A stretch of DNA of 64,000 nucleotides from Deltaproteobacteria bacterium (GTDB lineage: Bacteria; Myxococcota_A; UBA9160; SMWR01), in assembly GCA_019310425.1 (NCBI GenBank), contig JAFDEI010000040.1, positions 108 to 64,107 of the forward strand, in the 5' to 3' direction. The notes under the pieces are model-generated. The model saw nothing but the letters and a program-made list of their open reading frames with translations. It was not told where the DNA came from and ran no database searches. Shown one piece after another: positions 39,525 through 47,580 of the stretch (position 1 is the first letter of the stretch; each line of letters begins with the position of its first letter). Made by a program: the position numbers and the translations under genes.

Positions 39525-40037
39525 GTGCCCGAGATGGCCCCGACCGAGATCAAAGCGCTCGCCCGTATCATCGATGAGCTCGACTATTACCAGCTGCTCC
39601 ACCTCAAGCCAAACGCGAGTCCGCGAGACGTCAAGCTCGCCTTCCACTCGACGTCCCGGGTCTTCCACCCGGACGCGAACCGGCATCTCGACAGCGACCT
39701 CCGGTCGGCCGTGGGCGACATCGCAAAGCGAGTCACCGAGGCGTATCAGGTGCTGCGGGACGCGCGACGCAGGGGCGCCTACGACGACCAGCTCGGATCG
39801 GGCGGCGGCTCGCGCATCCGCCTTGCCGAAGCTCTGACAGCGGGCAGCCGACAGGACACCGAAACACGCCAGGGCCGAACGCCCCAGGGCCGCCAGTACT
39901 TCAATCTGGCGAACCTGGATGCGAAGCGGGGCGACTGGGCCGCCGCCGCTCGGCAGTTGCAGACAGCGCTCACCTTCGAGCCGGACAACGAGTTCTTCAA
40001 GTCCGAGCTGAAAGCCGCCCGCGAAAAAGCCCGCTAG
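39525..40037 (+). CDS. J-domain protein with C-terminal TPR motif
   Basis: YYQLLHLKPNASPRDVKLAFHSTSRVFHPDAN carries the HPD motif; the C-terminus GRQYFNLANLDAKRGDWAAAARQLQTALTFEPDN is TPR-like. GTG 39525 is 3 nt after the Hsp70 stop; ATG 39534 is an alternative start. Confidence 0.8.
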   Translation: MPEMAPTEIKALARIIDELDYYQLLHLKPNASPRDVKLAFHSTSRVFHPDANRHLDSDLRSAVGDIAKRVTEAYQVLRDARRRGAYDDQLGSGGGSRIRLAEALTAGSRQDTETRQGRTPQGRQYFNLANLDAKRGDWAAAARQLQTALTFEPDNEFFKSELKAAREKAR

Positions 40038-40116
40038 CCAAGAGTCCCGAGGACACCTCGCCCGAGACACGCCCGGCACGTCCCCGAATCCGATATTCGC
40101 GAGCTCGAGCAGGAAC

Positions 40117-40190
40117 GCGGATCGGCTCGGGGGGCCCTTCCGCGCCCTTCAAACGGTTGCGAAAGGGCCCCCCGAGCCGATCCGCTTTTG
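40117..40190 (+). terminator. intrinsic terminator candidate: perfect 23-bp stem followed by TTTT
   Basis: GCGGATCGGCTCGGGGGGCCCTT (40117-40139) pairs perfectly with AAGGGCCCCCCGAGCCGATCCGC (40163-40185). The loop is ~23 nt, followed by CTTTTG. It lies 80 nt after the J-protein stop. Confidence 0.65.
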
Positions 40191-40225
40191 CAGGAGCCCC
40201 CGATAAGTCAACTGAGGGGTAGCGC

Positions 40226-40281
40226 GAGGCGGGGGGTGCCTTTCGCGGCGTTCAAAAGGGCGCGGAAGGCACCCCCGCCTC
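40226..40281. repeat. second, imperfect G-rich palindromic hairpin related to the 40117-40185 element
   Basis: GAGGCGGGGGGTGCCTTTCGCG ... CGCGGAAGGCACCCCCGCCTC (one bulge, one mismatch). Both loops contain TTCAAA and both stems contain GGGGGG..CC.TT.CGCG. Confidence 0.55.
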
Positions 40282-40400
40282 GTGCGGGTCTCGATTCGTC
40301 GTCGTATTTGACAGCCGTATGGGTCCGCTGGCATGCTCCGGATCCGGTTGACACGAATGTCAATCGTCTCAACGCGACGGCGATAAGGAATCAGTGGATC

Positions 40401-40829
40401 ATGGCGGATGATGCTGCGGCGAAGGCGCCGCTCCCGGTCGTACCTTACTTGAAGATCCCCGCGGACGGGGCGCCCTTCCTCGAAGCGCGGCAATGCAGTG
40501 GTTGTGGGAAGATCTTCCTTACCGAGCGGAACACCTGCGCGCACTGCGGCGAGAGCGGCCTGATGCAGGCAAAGCCGCTCGCCGACACCGGTTCGCTCTA
40601 CGTCTACTCAATCGTCCACCGTTCGTTCCCGGGCGTTGCGGTCCCCTATGTGTCGGCAATCGTCGATCTCGACGGCGGAGGAACGGTGAAGGGCAACCTG
40701 ATCAACATCGACCCCGATCCCGAGAAGATCCGCATGGGGATGCCGGTCGAGGTGGTCTACCAGATCGCGCCGACGAAGGACGCCGACGGCAACGAGTACC
40801 TGACCTACTACTTCCAGCCGGCTGCTTGA
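40401..40829 (+). CDS. Zn-ribbon/OB-fold protein (DUF35 family, acyl-CoA-associated)
   Basis: Four-Cys ribbon CSGCGKIFLTERNTCAHCG, then YVYSIVHRSFPGVAVPYVSAIVDLDGGGTVKGNLI...GMPVEVV. ATG 40401 is preceded by AAGGAA. Partner thiolase-like gene lies downstream. Confidence 0.8.
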   Translation: MADDAAAKAPLPVVPYLKIPADGAPFLEARQCSGCGKIFLTERNTCAHCGESGLMQAKPLADTGSLYVYSIVHRSFPGVAVPYVSAIVDLDGGGTVKGNLINIDPDPEKIRMGMPVEVVYQIAPTKDADGNEYLTYYFQPAA

Positions 40830-40857
40830 GCGGGCGGAGACAACGGGAGCAACAGCA

Positions 40858-42000
40858 ATGAGCGACGTCTACGTCCTCGGTATCGACATGATCAAGTTCG
40901 GGCGTTACCCGGAGAAGAATGTCCGCCAGCTCGGCGCCGAAGCGGCGCAGCTCGCGCTCGCCGACGCGAATCTGACGATCCACGACATGGAGGCCCTCTA
41001 CTCGGGCAATCTGATGCAGGCCGGCGCGATGGTCGGTCAGGGAATCCTCCAGGAGATCGGCCAGACCGGCATTGCAGTCACGAATTCCGCGAATGCGTGC
41101 GCAACCGGCGCAACCGCGTTCCGCGAGGGCTGGACAGCGATCAAGGCCGGCCTCTACGACCTCGTCCTGGTGGTCGGTTCGGAGCAGCTCGGAAAGATGG
41201 GGCTCCTCGGGGGCGGGGGCAGCCGCAAGGGAATCCCCAAGGAAGGCCTGCTCGGATCGCAGACGATGCCTGCAGTCTTCGCCGAAGCCGGGCAGGAGCA
41301 CGCGCGCAAGTACGGCACGACGTTCGAGCAGTTCGCCAAGGTATCGGTGAAGAACCACCAGCATTCGGTCAAGAACCCGAAGTCGATGTACCAGAAGGAA
41401 ACGCCGCTCGAGATGGTGATGGGCGCGGAGATGATCGCGTACCCGAATACGAAATTGATGTGTTCGGTCAACGTCGACGGCGCTGCGGCAGCAGTGCTCG
41501 CCTCGGAGAAGAAGGCGCGCGAGCTCGGCATGGGGCGCGCGGTGCGGGTGAAGGCCTCGGTACTCACGAGCGACCCGTTCACCGACCGCGACCTGGTGAT
41601 GCCCGACGTCAATACCTGCACTCGCCTCGCAGCCAAGCAGGCCTATGAAACCGCCGGCGTCGGCCCCGAAGACATCGACCTCGTCGAACTGCACGACTGC
41701 TTCGCCACCGCCGAGATCCTCCACTACGAGAACCTCGGCCTGTGCGGCGACGGTGAGGCCGGCAAGTTGATCGACGAAGGCGTCACCTGGCACGGTGGCC
41801 AGACCCCAGTGAACGTGTCGGGCGGATTGCTGTCGAAGGGGCACCCGCTCGGAGCCACGGGTGTCGCGAATATCTACGAAGTCTCGACGCACCTCCGGGG
41901 CGAGGCGGGTGCGCGCCAGGTCGAAAACGCGAAGGTCGGTCTGACCCACGTCATCGGACTCGGGAGCGCCTGCGGAATCCACATCCTCGAGAAGGCCTAG
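40858..42000 (+). CDS. thiolase-like protein (SCP-x / lipid-transfer type acetyl-CoA acetyltransferase family)
   Basis: 380 aa: VYVLGIDMIKFGR, active-site region NSANACATGATAF, VLVVGSEQL and C-terminal NVSGGLLSKGHPLGATG. Shows the typical DUF35-thiolase pairing. Confidence 0.85.
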   Translation: MSDVYVLGIDMIKFGRYPEKNVRQLGAEAAQLALADANLTIHDMEALYSGNLMQAGAMVGQGILQEIGQTGIAVTNSANACATGATAFREGWTAIKAGLYDLVLVVGSEQLGKMGLLGGGGSRKGIPKEGLLGSQTMPAVFAEAGQEHARKYGTTFEQFAKVSVKNHQHSVKNPKSMYQKETPLEMVMGAEMIAYPNTKLMCSVNVDGAAAAVLASEKKARELGMGRAVRVKASVLTSDPFTDRDLVMPDVNTCTRLAAKQAYETAGVGPEDIDLVELHDCFATAEILHYENLGLCGDGEAGKLIDEGVTWHGGQTPVNVSGGLLSKGHPLGATGVANIYEVSTHLRGEAGARQVENAKVGLTHVIGLGSACGIHILEKA

Positions 42001-42007
42001 GAGAGAG

Positions 42008-42072
42008 CAACGCGAAGCGTTGGTCTCGACGACGCGGAAGCTCTGGCCGCAAAGCGGCCAGAACGCAGCTAG
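42008..42072. repeat. intergenic repeat family, copy A (GAA-loop hairpin plus GAAGCTCTGGCCGC...CGCAGCTAG core)
   Basis: CAACGC-GAA-GCGTTG hairpin, then ACGCGGAAGCTCTGGCCGCAAAGCGGCCAGAACGCAGCTAG. The 41-nt core matches copy B at 34 of 41 ungapped positions (hand count). Confidence 0.6.
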
Positions 42073-42186
42073 GCGCATTCCTCACCCGAGTACGACCTGG
42101 GACGAGAACTCTGCTCGTTGCGGAATCGAGCCGTCAACCCCAGGGTCCGCTTGCCCCCGGGTGGACGGCCTCTTATTCTGCCGGGC

Positions 42187-44118
42187 GTGAACTACCGGTT
42201 TCTGATCTCTGCACTCCTGGTTGCCAATCTCATCGCCTGCGATCGACCGAACGCCGACGCCGACGCCGCAGAGGGCGAAACGCCCAATGCAACCGTAAAG
42301 CTCGCAGCCGCGGAATCACCGCCCCCGGCGAAGAAAGCGGCCAAGAGGCCCGCAGCAAAGCCCGTTCGAAAAGAGCGGCCCTTGCCGGCATTCTCGGGCT
42401 TCACACTCGACCGCAAGAAGATCTCGGTCTCCGAACTGCTCGGCAAGCGGCTCATGATCTTCTTCTTCAACCCGGAAGTGAAGAACGCCGAGATCGTCGC
42501 GACCGCGAAGCACGGATTCGACTTCCCAATCATCGACGATCCGAGCGCGAAGATCGCGCGGCAGTTGGGCCTGCAGGTACCGATTGCGATCATCGGCGCG
42601 GATTCCGAGGGCTACGTCACGTTCGGCATGGGGCAGTTCCCGAGCGATGGCCCCGACGACACCCGGGTGATCGAGAACATGCTGCGCGCGTCGCTTCGAT
42701 TACCGGAGCTCGCAAGCAACTCGGAGCCCGAGCTCGGCACACGGCCGGAAGCCCCGAATTTCGAGATCGAGATCCTCGACAGCGACGAAGGCTTCGAACT
42801 CGCCGCGCAACGCGGCAAGCCGGTGATGCTGATCTTCTTCCTCCACACCTGCCCTCACTGCCACGATGCGATGGCCGCGATGAAGCAGGCCATCAACGAG
42901 ATGCCCGAGGCGAATCGGCCCGCGATGATCGGCATCGAGGTGACCGGGCGGACCGCAGCCGTGCGCGCAAAGCTCTCCGAGCTCTCGCTCGATTTCTTCC
43001 CGACCGGCTTCGACCATGACGGCAGCATCCGGGCCGCTTTCGGCGTATTCGGCGGCGTACCCGACACCTTCCTGATCGATGCGCAGGGCCGCATCGCCGC
43101 ACACATCCAGGGCTGGCGAGACGAATCGGACTCGCCGCTGCTGCGCATGCGGTTGGCGCAGCTCGGGGGAGCGCCGGTGCCGATGCTGCTGCGCTCGAAG
43201 GGCTACAGTGGAAACGAAGCGTGCGGTGTCTGTCACGAAAGCGAGCACGCCACCTGGATGCTGACCGAGCACGCGCGCGCGTTCGACACGCTGGTGAAGC
43301 ACGGCAAGACAAACGACGCCGAGTGCGTGAGCTGCCACGTCGTAGGCTACGACGAGCTCGGCGGCTTCGAGGGGCAGGACACGCCGCAGCTGGAGAACGT
43401 CGGCTGCGAGACGTGCCACGGTCGCGGCGGCGGCCATCTCTCGCCGGAGTTCGTCAAGATCCTCGACTACACCAGCATCTGCGTGACCTGCCACGACACC
43501 AAGCATTCGCTCGGTTTCGAATACGCCACCTTCCTGCCGAAGATCTCGCATGCAGCCAACAAGCACGTGCTCGCTCTGCCGCTCGAGGAGAAGCGCAAGA
43601 TCCTGGCCGAGCGCGGTCTGCGGCGCAGCAATCTGCTTCCGACGGCTGCGAAGATCGTGGGCTCCGACGCCTGCCAGAGCTGCCACCAGACCGAGTACGA
43701 GATCTGGCGGAAGAGCGGCCACGCCCGTGCGGGTGAGTCGCTCACGAAAAAGGGCTCCGAAGGCGACCAGAACTGCCTCGCTTGCCACACGACCGGATAC
43801 GGGCTCGACGGCGGCTTCGCAAAAGGGGCTGAACTGGCTGCACACGCGGACCGCGGACGGGTCGGCTGCGAATCGTGCCACGGGCCGGGCGGCGACCACA
43901 TCGGTGAGGAGACGCCGAAGTTCGGCAGCATCGTCGCACTCGGCGACAAGTGCGACTCCTGCGTGATTCTCCAGATCTGCGGCAGCTGCCACGACGACGC
44001 CAACGATCCGGGCTTCGAATTCGAGGTGGAGGCGAAGATCGAACAGGAGCGCCACGGCACGACCGAGCCCGGCACCGGCACACCCAAGCTCGCCAACGAG
44101 AAATTCGAGGGAAGCTGA
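42187..44118 (+). CDS. lipoprotein fusing two thioredoxin-like (redoxin) domains to an octahaem c-type cytochrome domain
   Basis: GTG 42187 gives VNYRFLISALLVANLIAC (signal peptide and lipobox). The first redoxin-like domain is Cys-less (LMIFFFNPEVKNAE); the second has GKPVMLIFFLHTCPHCHD. Eight CXXCH motifs follow: CGVCH, CVSCH, CETCH, CVTCH, CQSCH, CLACH, CESCH, CGSCH. They form two similar tetrahaem halves (C..CH...Y/H..W....HA.A). Confidence 0.85.
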   Translation: MNYRFLISALLVANLIACDRPNADADAAEGETPNATVKLAAAESPPPAKKAAKRPAAKPVRKERPLPAFSGFTLDRKKISVSELLGKRLMIFFFNPEVKNAEIVATAKHGFDFPIIDDPSAKIARQLGLQVPIAIIGADSEGYVTFGMGQFPSDGPDDTRVIENMLRASLRLPELASNSEPELGTRPEAPNFEIEILDSDEGFELAAQRGKPVMLIFFLHTCPHCHDAMAAMKQAINEMPEANRPAMIGIEVTGRTAAVRAKLSELSLDFFPTGFDHDGSIRAAFGVFGGVPDTFLIDAQGRIAAHIQGWRDESDSPLLRMRLAQLGGAPVPMLLRSKGYSGNEACGVCHESEHATWMLTEHARAFDTLVKHGKTNDAECVSCHVVGYDELGGFEGQDTPQLENVGCETCHGRGGGHLSPEFVKILDYTSICVTCHDTKHSLGFEYATFLPKISHAANKHVLALPLEEKRKILAERGLRRSNLLPTAAKIVGSDACQSCHQTEYEIWRKSGHARAGESLTKKGSEGDQNCLACHTTGYGLDGGFAKGAELAAHADRGRVGCESCHGPGGDHIGEETPKFGSIVALGDKCDSCVILQICGSCHDDANDPGFEFEVEAKIEQERHGTTEPGTGTPKLANEKFEGS

Positions 44119-44123
44119 GCGCG

Positions 44124-44942
44124 ATGGAGCGGCCGCTGGCAGACGAAGCACGAGCCTTGATCGCGTCGGCCCGCCTGCTGCTGGAAGACTTCATCGAAGA
44201 GGGTGTCCACAGCTTCGAGCGCGCCGTACCCACCGCAGATACCACGGCCATGCACGCCGAGCGCGCGCGATCGAAGCCACTCGAAACCGCGCGAGAGCCG
44301 GTTCGCACTGCCGCTCCGCCGGCGTCGGGCATTGCGAGCGCAACACCTTCGGTCGAACTCCCGGACGAGATCGTGTGGAGCGCGCAGCCGACGCTCGAAG
44401 AAGTACGGAACGAACTCGGCGAATGCACCCGCTGCGGCCTCGCGGTGGGACGCAACCGGATCGTCTTTGGCGACGGCAACCCCGAGGCCGACCTGATGTT
44501 CGTCGGCGAAGGCCCGGGCCAGGAAGAAGATCGCCGCGGCCTGCCGTTCGTAGGCAAGGCAGGCGAACTTCTCACACAGATGATCGAGAAGGGCCTCGAA
44601 ACCCCGCGCAGCGACGTCTACATCTGCAATATCGTGAAGTGCCGACCGCCAAACAACCGCACGCCCCTCGAAGCTGAGATCGCAAGCTGCCGTCCGTTCC
44701 TCGACGCCCAGATCGCCGCGGTGAAGCCGAAGGTAATCGTCGCGCTCGGAAAACCCGCGTCCAGCCTGCTCTTGGGCCGCGACGTCGCGATCACCCGCAT
44801 CCGCGGCAACTGGTTCGAATATCGCGGCATCCCCCTGATGCCGACGCTGCACCCGGCGTACATCCTGCGCCAGTACACGCCCGAAAACCGCCGCCACGTC
44901 TGGGAAGACTTGAAGGCCGCGCTCGCCAGGAGCCGAGAATGA
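44124..44942 (+). CDS. uracil-DNA glycosylase, family 4 (4Fe-4S type) with ~100-aa N-terminal extension
   Basis: GECTRCGLAVGRNRIVFGDGNPEADLMFVGEGPGQEEDRRGLPFVGKAGELL...NIVKCRPPNNR...HPAYILR. ATG at 44124 lies 3 nt after the upstream stop. Confidence 0.88.
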   Translation: MERPLADEARALIASARLLLEDFIEEGVHSFERAVPTADTTAMHAERARSKPLETAREPVRTAAPPASGIASATPSVELPDEIVWSAQPTLEEVRNELGECTRCGLAVGRNRIVFGDGNPEADLMFVGEGPGQEEDRRGLPFVGKAGELLTQMIEKGLETPRSDVYICNIVKCRPPNNRTPLEAEIASCRPFLDAQIAAVKPKVIVALGKPASSLLLGRDVAITRIRGNWFEYRGIPLMPTLHPAYILRQYTPENRRHVWEDLKAALARSRE

Positions 44943-44970
44943 CGAACAGTCCGCGAAGAACGGCGAGCGG

Positions 44971-45453
44971 CTAGAACGGGCGCTCGGGCACCGCCGCGCT
45001 CTGGTCTTCGCGAAATTTCTCGAGCTTGGCGCGTACCTCGGCGTCGCCGCGCGCGATGATCGCGCCCGCGAACAGGCCCGCGTTCTTCGCGCCCGCCTTG
45101 CCGATCGCAAACGTCGCCACCGGGATCCCACCGGGCATCTGTACCGTGGCGAGCAGCGCATCGAGCCCCTGCAATGCCGAGCTGTCGATCGGAACGCCGA
45201 GCACCGGCAGCAGCGTGTGGGCCGCGGTCACGCCCGCGAGGTGGGCCGCCGCGCCCGCCCCGCAGATCACCACCTCGATGCCATCCGCCTCGGCGGCCGC
45301 CAAGAACTTCGTGAGGCGGTCGGGCGTGCGGTGTGCGGAGATCACACGCACGTCGCACGCGACTCCGAGCCCCTCGAGGGCCTCTTCCGCGGGGCGCATC
45401 GTGTCCCAGTCGTTCTTGCTGCCCATGATGATCGCAACCCTGGCGTTGGCCAC
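44971..45453 (-). CDS. purE: 5-(carboxyamino)imidazole ribonucleotide mutase
   Basis: VAIIMGSKNDWDTM, VISAHRTPDRL, GAGAAAHLAGVTAAHTLLPVLGVP and VQMPGGIPVATFAIG. GTG 45453 is preceded by GGAAGGGGA; the longer ORF extension is not PurE-like. Confidence 0.9.
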   Translation of the reverse strand: MANARVAIIMGSKNDWDTMRPAEEALEGLGVACDVRVISAHRTPDRLTKFLAAAEADGIEVVICGAGAAAHLAGVTAAHTLLPVLGVPIDSSALQGLDALLATVQMPGGIPVATFAIGKAGAKNAGLFAGAIIARGDAEVRAKLEKFREDQSAAVPERPF

Positions 45454-45552
45454 ACGACTCCCCTTCCACTCTCGGTTGATCGGGACCAGAGTGTAGGGGC
45501 CGCGTGGACGAAATGGGATAGGCTCGGGACCGCTGGGAGGAAGACGCCGGAA

Positions 45553-46395
45553 ATGGCCCGTCCGAAACAGGAAGTGCGGCGGATCTCGGCCCGGACGGAG
45601 CTGTGCGGGATCGTGCTCCACCCCGCCGGCCACACGCGCTCGCCGGCGATGCACAACGCCGCGTTCGCAGAAGCCGGGATCGACGCGGTCTACCTTGCCT
45701 TCGACGTCCACCCGGATCAGCTCGAAGACGCGCTGGTGGCTGCGCGCGCGCTCGGTGTACGCCAGCTGGCCGTGTCGCTACCCCACAAGGAGGCCGTGCT
45801 CGCCCATCTCGACGAGGTCGAAACCTGCGCACGCGCAATCGGCGCGGTCAACACCGTCACGCTGCGCGACGGGCGACTCGTCGGAACGAATACCGACTGG
45901 ATCGGCGCCGTGCACGCACTCGAGCGCAACGTCGAGCTCGCGGGAGCCAGGGTGATCGTACTCGGCGCAGGCGGGACTGCGCGCGCACTGGTGTACGGGC
46001 TGGTCGAGCGCGGAGCCCTCGTGACCGTGCTGAACCGGACACCGGAACGTGCGCAGGTGCTCGCCGACGATCTCGGCGCCGTGGGCGCGGGACCGCTCCG
46101 AGATCTCGCGCAGACCCCGCACGAGGTACTCGTCAACACGACTTCGGTCGGCCTGCGCACGGACGACTCACCCGTGCCGGCTGCAGATCTGCTTGCGGAG
46201 TCGCTCGTGATGGACGTCGTCTACGACCCCGAAGAGACGCGCCTGCTGCGCGACGCGCGGACTCGCGGAGCCAGCACGATCACGGGCAAATGGATGCTCG
46301 TCTACCAGGCGGCCGAGCAGTTCCGCGATTGGACCGGGCGCGAAGCGCCCTTGGACGTGATGGCCAGTGCCTTCGATGAAGCGGGGGGGAGCTGA
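45553..46395 (+). CDS. aroE: shikimate dehydrogenase
   Basis: HTRSPAMHNAAF, AVSLPHKEAV, GAVNTV, GTNTDWIG and VLGAGGTARA. ATG at 45553; the ORF-track extension from 45217 overlaps purE antisense. Confidence 0.88.
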   Translation: MARPKQEVRRISARTELCGIVLHPAGHTRSPAMHNAAFAEAGIDAVYLAFDVHPDQLEDALVAARALGVRQLAVSLPHKEAVLAHLDEVETCARAIGAVNTVTLRDGRLVGTNTDWIGAVHALERNVELAGARVIVLGAGGTARALVYGLVERGALVTVLNRTPERAQVLADDLGAVGAGPLRDLAQTPHEVLVNTTSVGLRTDDSPVPAADLLAESLVMDVVYDPEETRLLRDARTRGASTITGKWMLVYQAAEQFRDWTGREAPLDVMASAFDEAGGS

Positions 46396-46433
46396 GCGAC
46401 ACCGAAGCAGACGCCAAGCCGGCGGAGGCGCCA

Positions 46434-46481
46434 GCCGCTATTCGGCCAGAGCTTCTGCGTCGTTGCGCGAAACGCTTCTAG
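46434..46481. repeat. intergenic repeat family, copy C (inverted orientation)
   Basis: The reverse complement reads CTAGAAGCGTTTCGCGCAACGACGCAGAAGCTCTGGCCGAATAGCGGC. It matches copy A (CGACGACGCGGAAGCTCTGGCCGCAAAGCGGC) at 28 of 32 positions by hand. Lies between the convergent aroE and ferredoxin stops. Confidence 0.55.
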
Positions 46482-46831
46482 TCCACGAAGCTCCACTTCG
46501 CCTTGTTCTCTTTGACCTGCTCCGGACTCGGCTTGTCCAACTCGACCACTTCGGGAACCGAGAAGTCATCCTTGACGTCGATCATCTTCGCATTCAGATC
46601 GGTGTCGTCACCAAAGACGGTCGGTACCTGCTCGTCCTCGAAGATCGCTTCCCAGGGGCACTCCGGCTCGCAGACGCCGCAGTTGATGCACTCCTCGGGA
46701 TCGATGTACAGCTGGTTCGGGAAGGCCGCGGAGTCATCCCCGTCATAACCGTAGATACAGTCAACAGGGCAGACCTCCACACAAGACTGGTCGACACAAT
46801 CTCGGCAGAGCCGCGTAATTACCCAGGCCAT
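46478..46831 (-). CDS. fdxA: ferredoxin (7Fe-type, 3Fe-4S plus 4Fe-4S pattern)
   Basis: [27 protein letters not shown]...[23 protein letters not shown], with cysteine spacing typical of FdxA-type ferredoxins. Confidence 0.85.
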   Translation of the reverse strand: MAWVITRLCRDCVDQSCVEVCPVDCIYGYDGDDSAAFPNQLYIDPEECINCGVCEPECPWEAIFEDEQVPTVFGDDTDLNAKMIDVKDDFSVPEVVELDKPSPEQVKENKAKWSFVD

Positions 46832-46893
46832 GAATTCCTCTCAGGATTTCGGGACCGCGAGCCAGGCACCCCCGCCCGGCTCCGTAGTCACCG

Positions 46894-47064
46894 CTATTTC
46901 AGCTTTGTCTCTTTGTAGACGACGTGCTTTCGAACGACGGGATCATACTTCTTGAGTTCGAGTTTTCCCGGCGTATTCGTCTTGTTCTTGATCGTCGTGT
47001 AGAAATGCCCGGTACCGGCACTCGACTCGAGCTTGATCTTCTCGCGCTTGCCTTTCTTGGCCAT
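46894..47064 (-). CDS. rpmG: 50S ribosomal protein L33 (Cys-free form)
   Basis: Not in the ORF track (56 aa). Own translation: [56 protein letters not shown]. Confidence 0.88.
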   Translation of the reverse strand: MAKKGKREKIKLESSAGTGHFYTTIKNKTNTPGKLELKKYDPVVRKHVVYKETKLK

Positions 47065-47095
47065 CGCCTGCTTCCTCGACCCCGCTGGGGGATCT

Positions 47096-47425
47096 CTAGC
47101 TGGTGGGATCCGGAACGGTCTCGCCGCTCTTCGCGAACACGCGGATGCGGCGGTCTCCGTCCCGCTGGATACGCACTCGGGAGGGGCCTCCGGCTCCTGT
47201 GTCGACGAGCATCACATTCGATGCATCGATCGAACCTTCCTGCTCCACGATCCCACCGGCACGGGCGCCTGAGCGCCCGGGCTTGAGGTGCCGCTTCTGC
47301 ATTCGGACCTTCTCGACGCGGACCTTGCCGGCCTTCACGTTCACACTGAGAACGCGGCCCTGCTTGCCGCGATCCGCGCCCGCGATCACCTGGACCAGGT
47401 CGCCTTCTCGAATTCGACGAATCAT
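47096..47425 (-). CDS. rplX: 50S ribosomal protein L24 (KOW domain)
   Basis: [49 protein letters not shown]...[18 protein letters not shown]...[19 protein letters not shown] is collinear with L24. The location outside an rplN-rplX-rplE context is unusual. Confidence 0.8.
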   Translation of the reverse strand: MIRRIREGDLVQVIAGADRGKQGRVLSVNVKAGKVRVEKVRMQKRHLKPGRSGARAGGIVEQEGSIDASNVMLVDTGAGGPSRVRIQRDGDRRIRVFAKSGETVPDPTS

Positions 47426-47580
47426 CTTTGAACTGCCTCCGGAGAACGCTTATGGATGCGTCAGCCGGGGCCTCCAGTCAACCCCTCCCCGGGGGAAATT
47501 GTAATAAAGGAAGGTTTTTCGCCAGCTTCTGGCAAAACCCTTCCGCCCGAGGGATATTCCGCGCCGATGAGGATGCGGCG

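Noticed and set aside
40188-40400. 5' extensions of ORF-track entries: 40188..40829, 1880..3088, 43950..44942, 45217..46395, 54666..55694, 58395..60449, 60356..61288, 10078..11160, 16329..17417, 30176..31252, 36328..37365, 44971..45711.
   Set aside because: The extended parts are not family-like, overlap neighbouring genes or hairpins, and in-frame internal starts with Shine-Dalgarno sequences give normal-length proteins.
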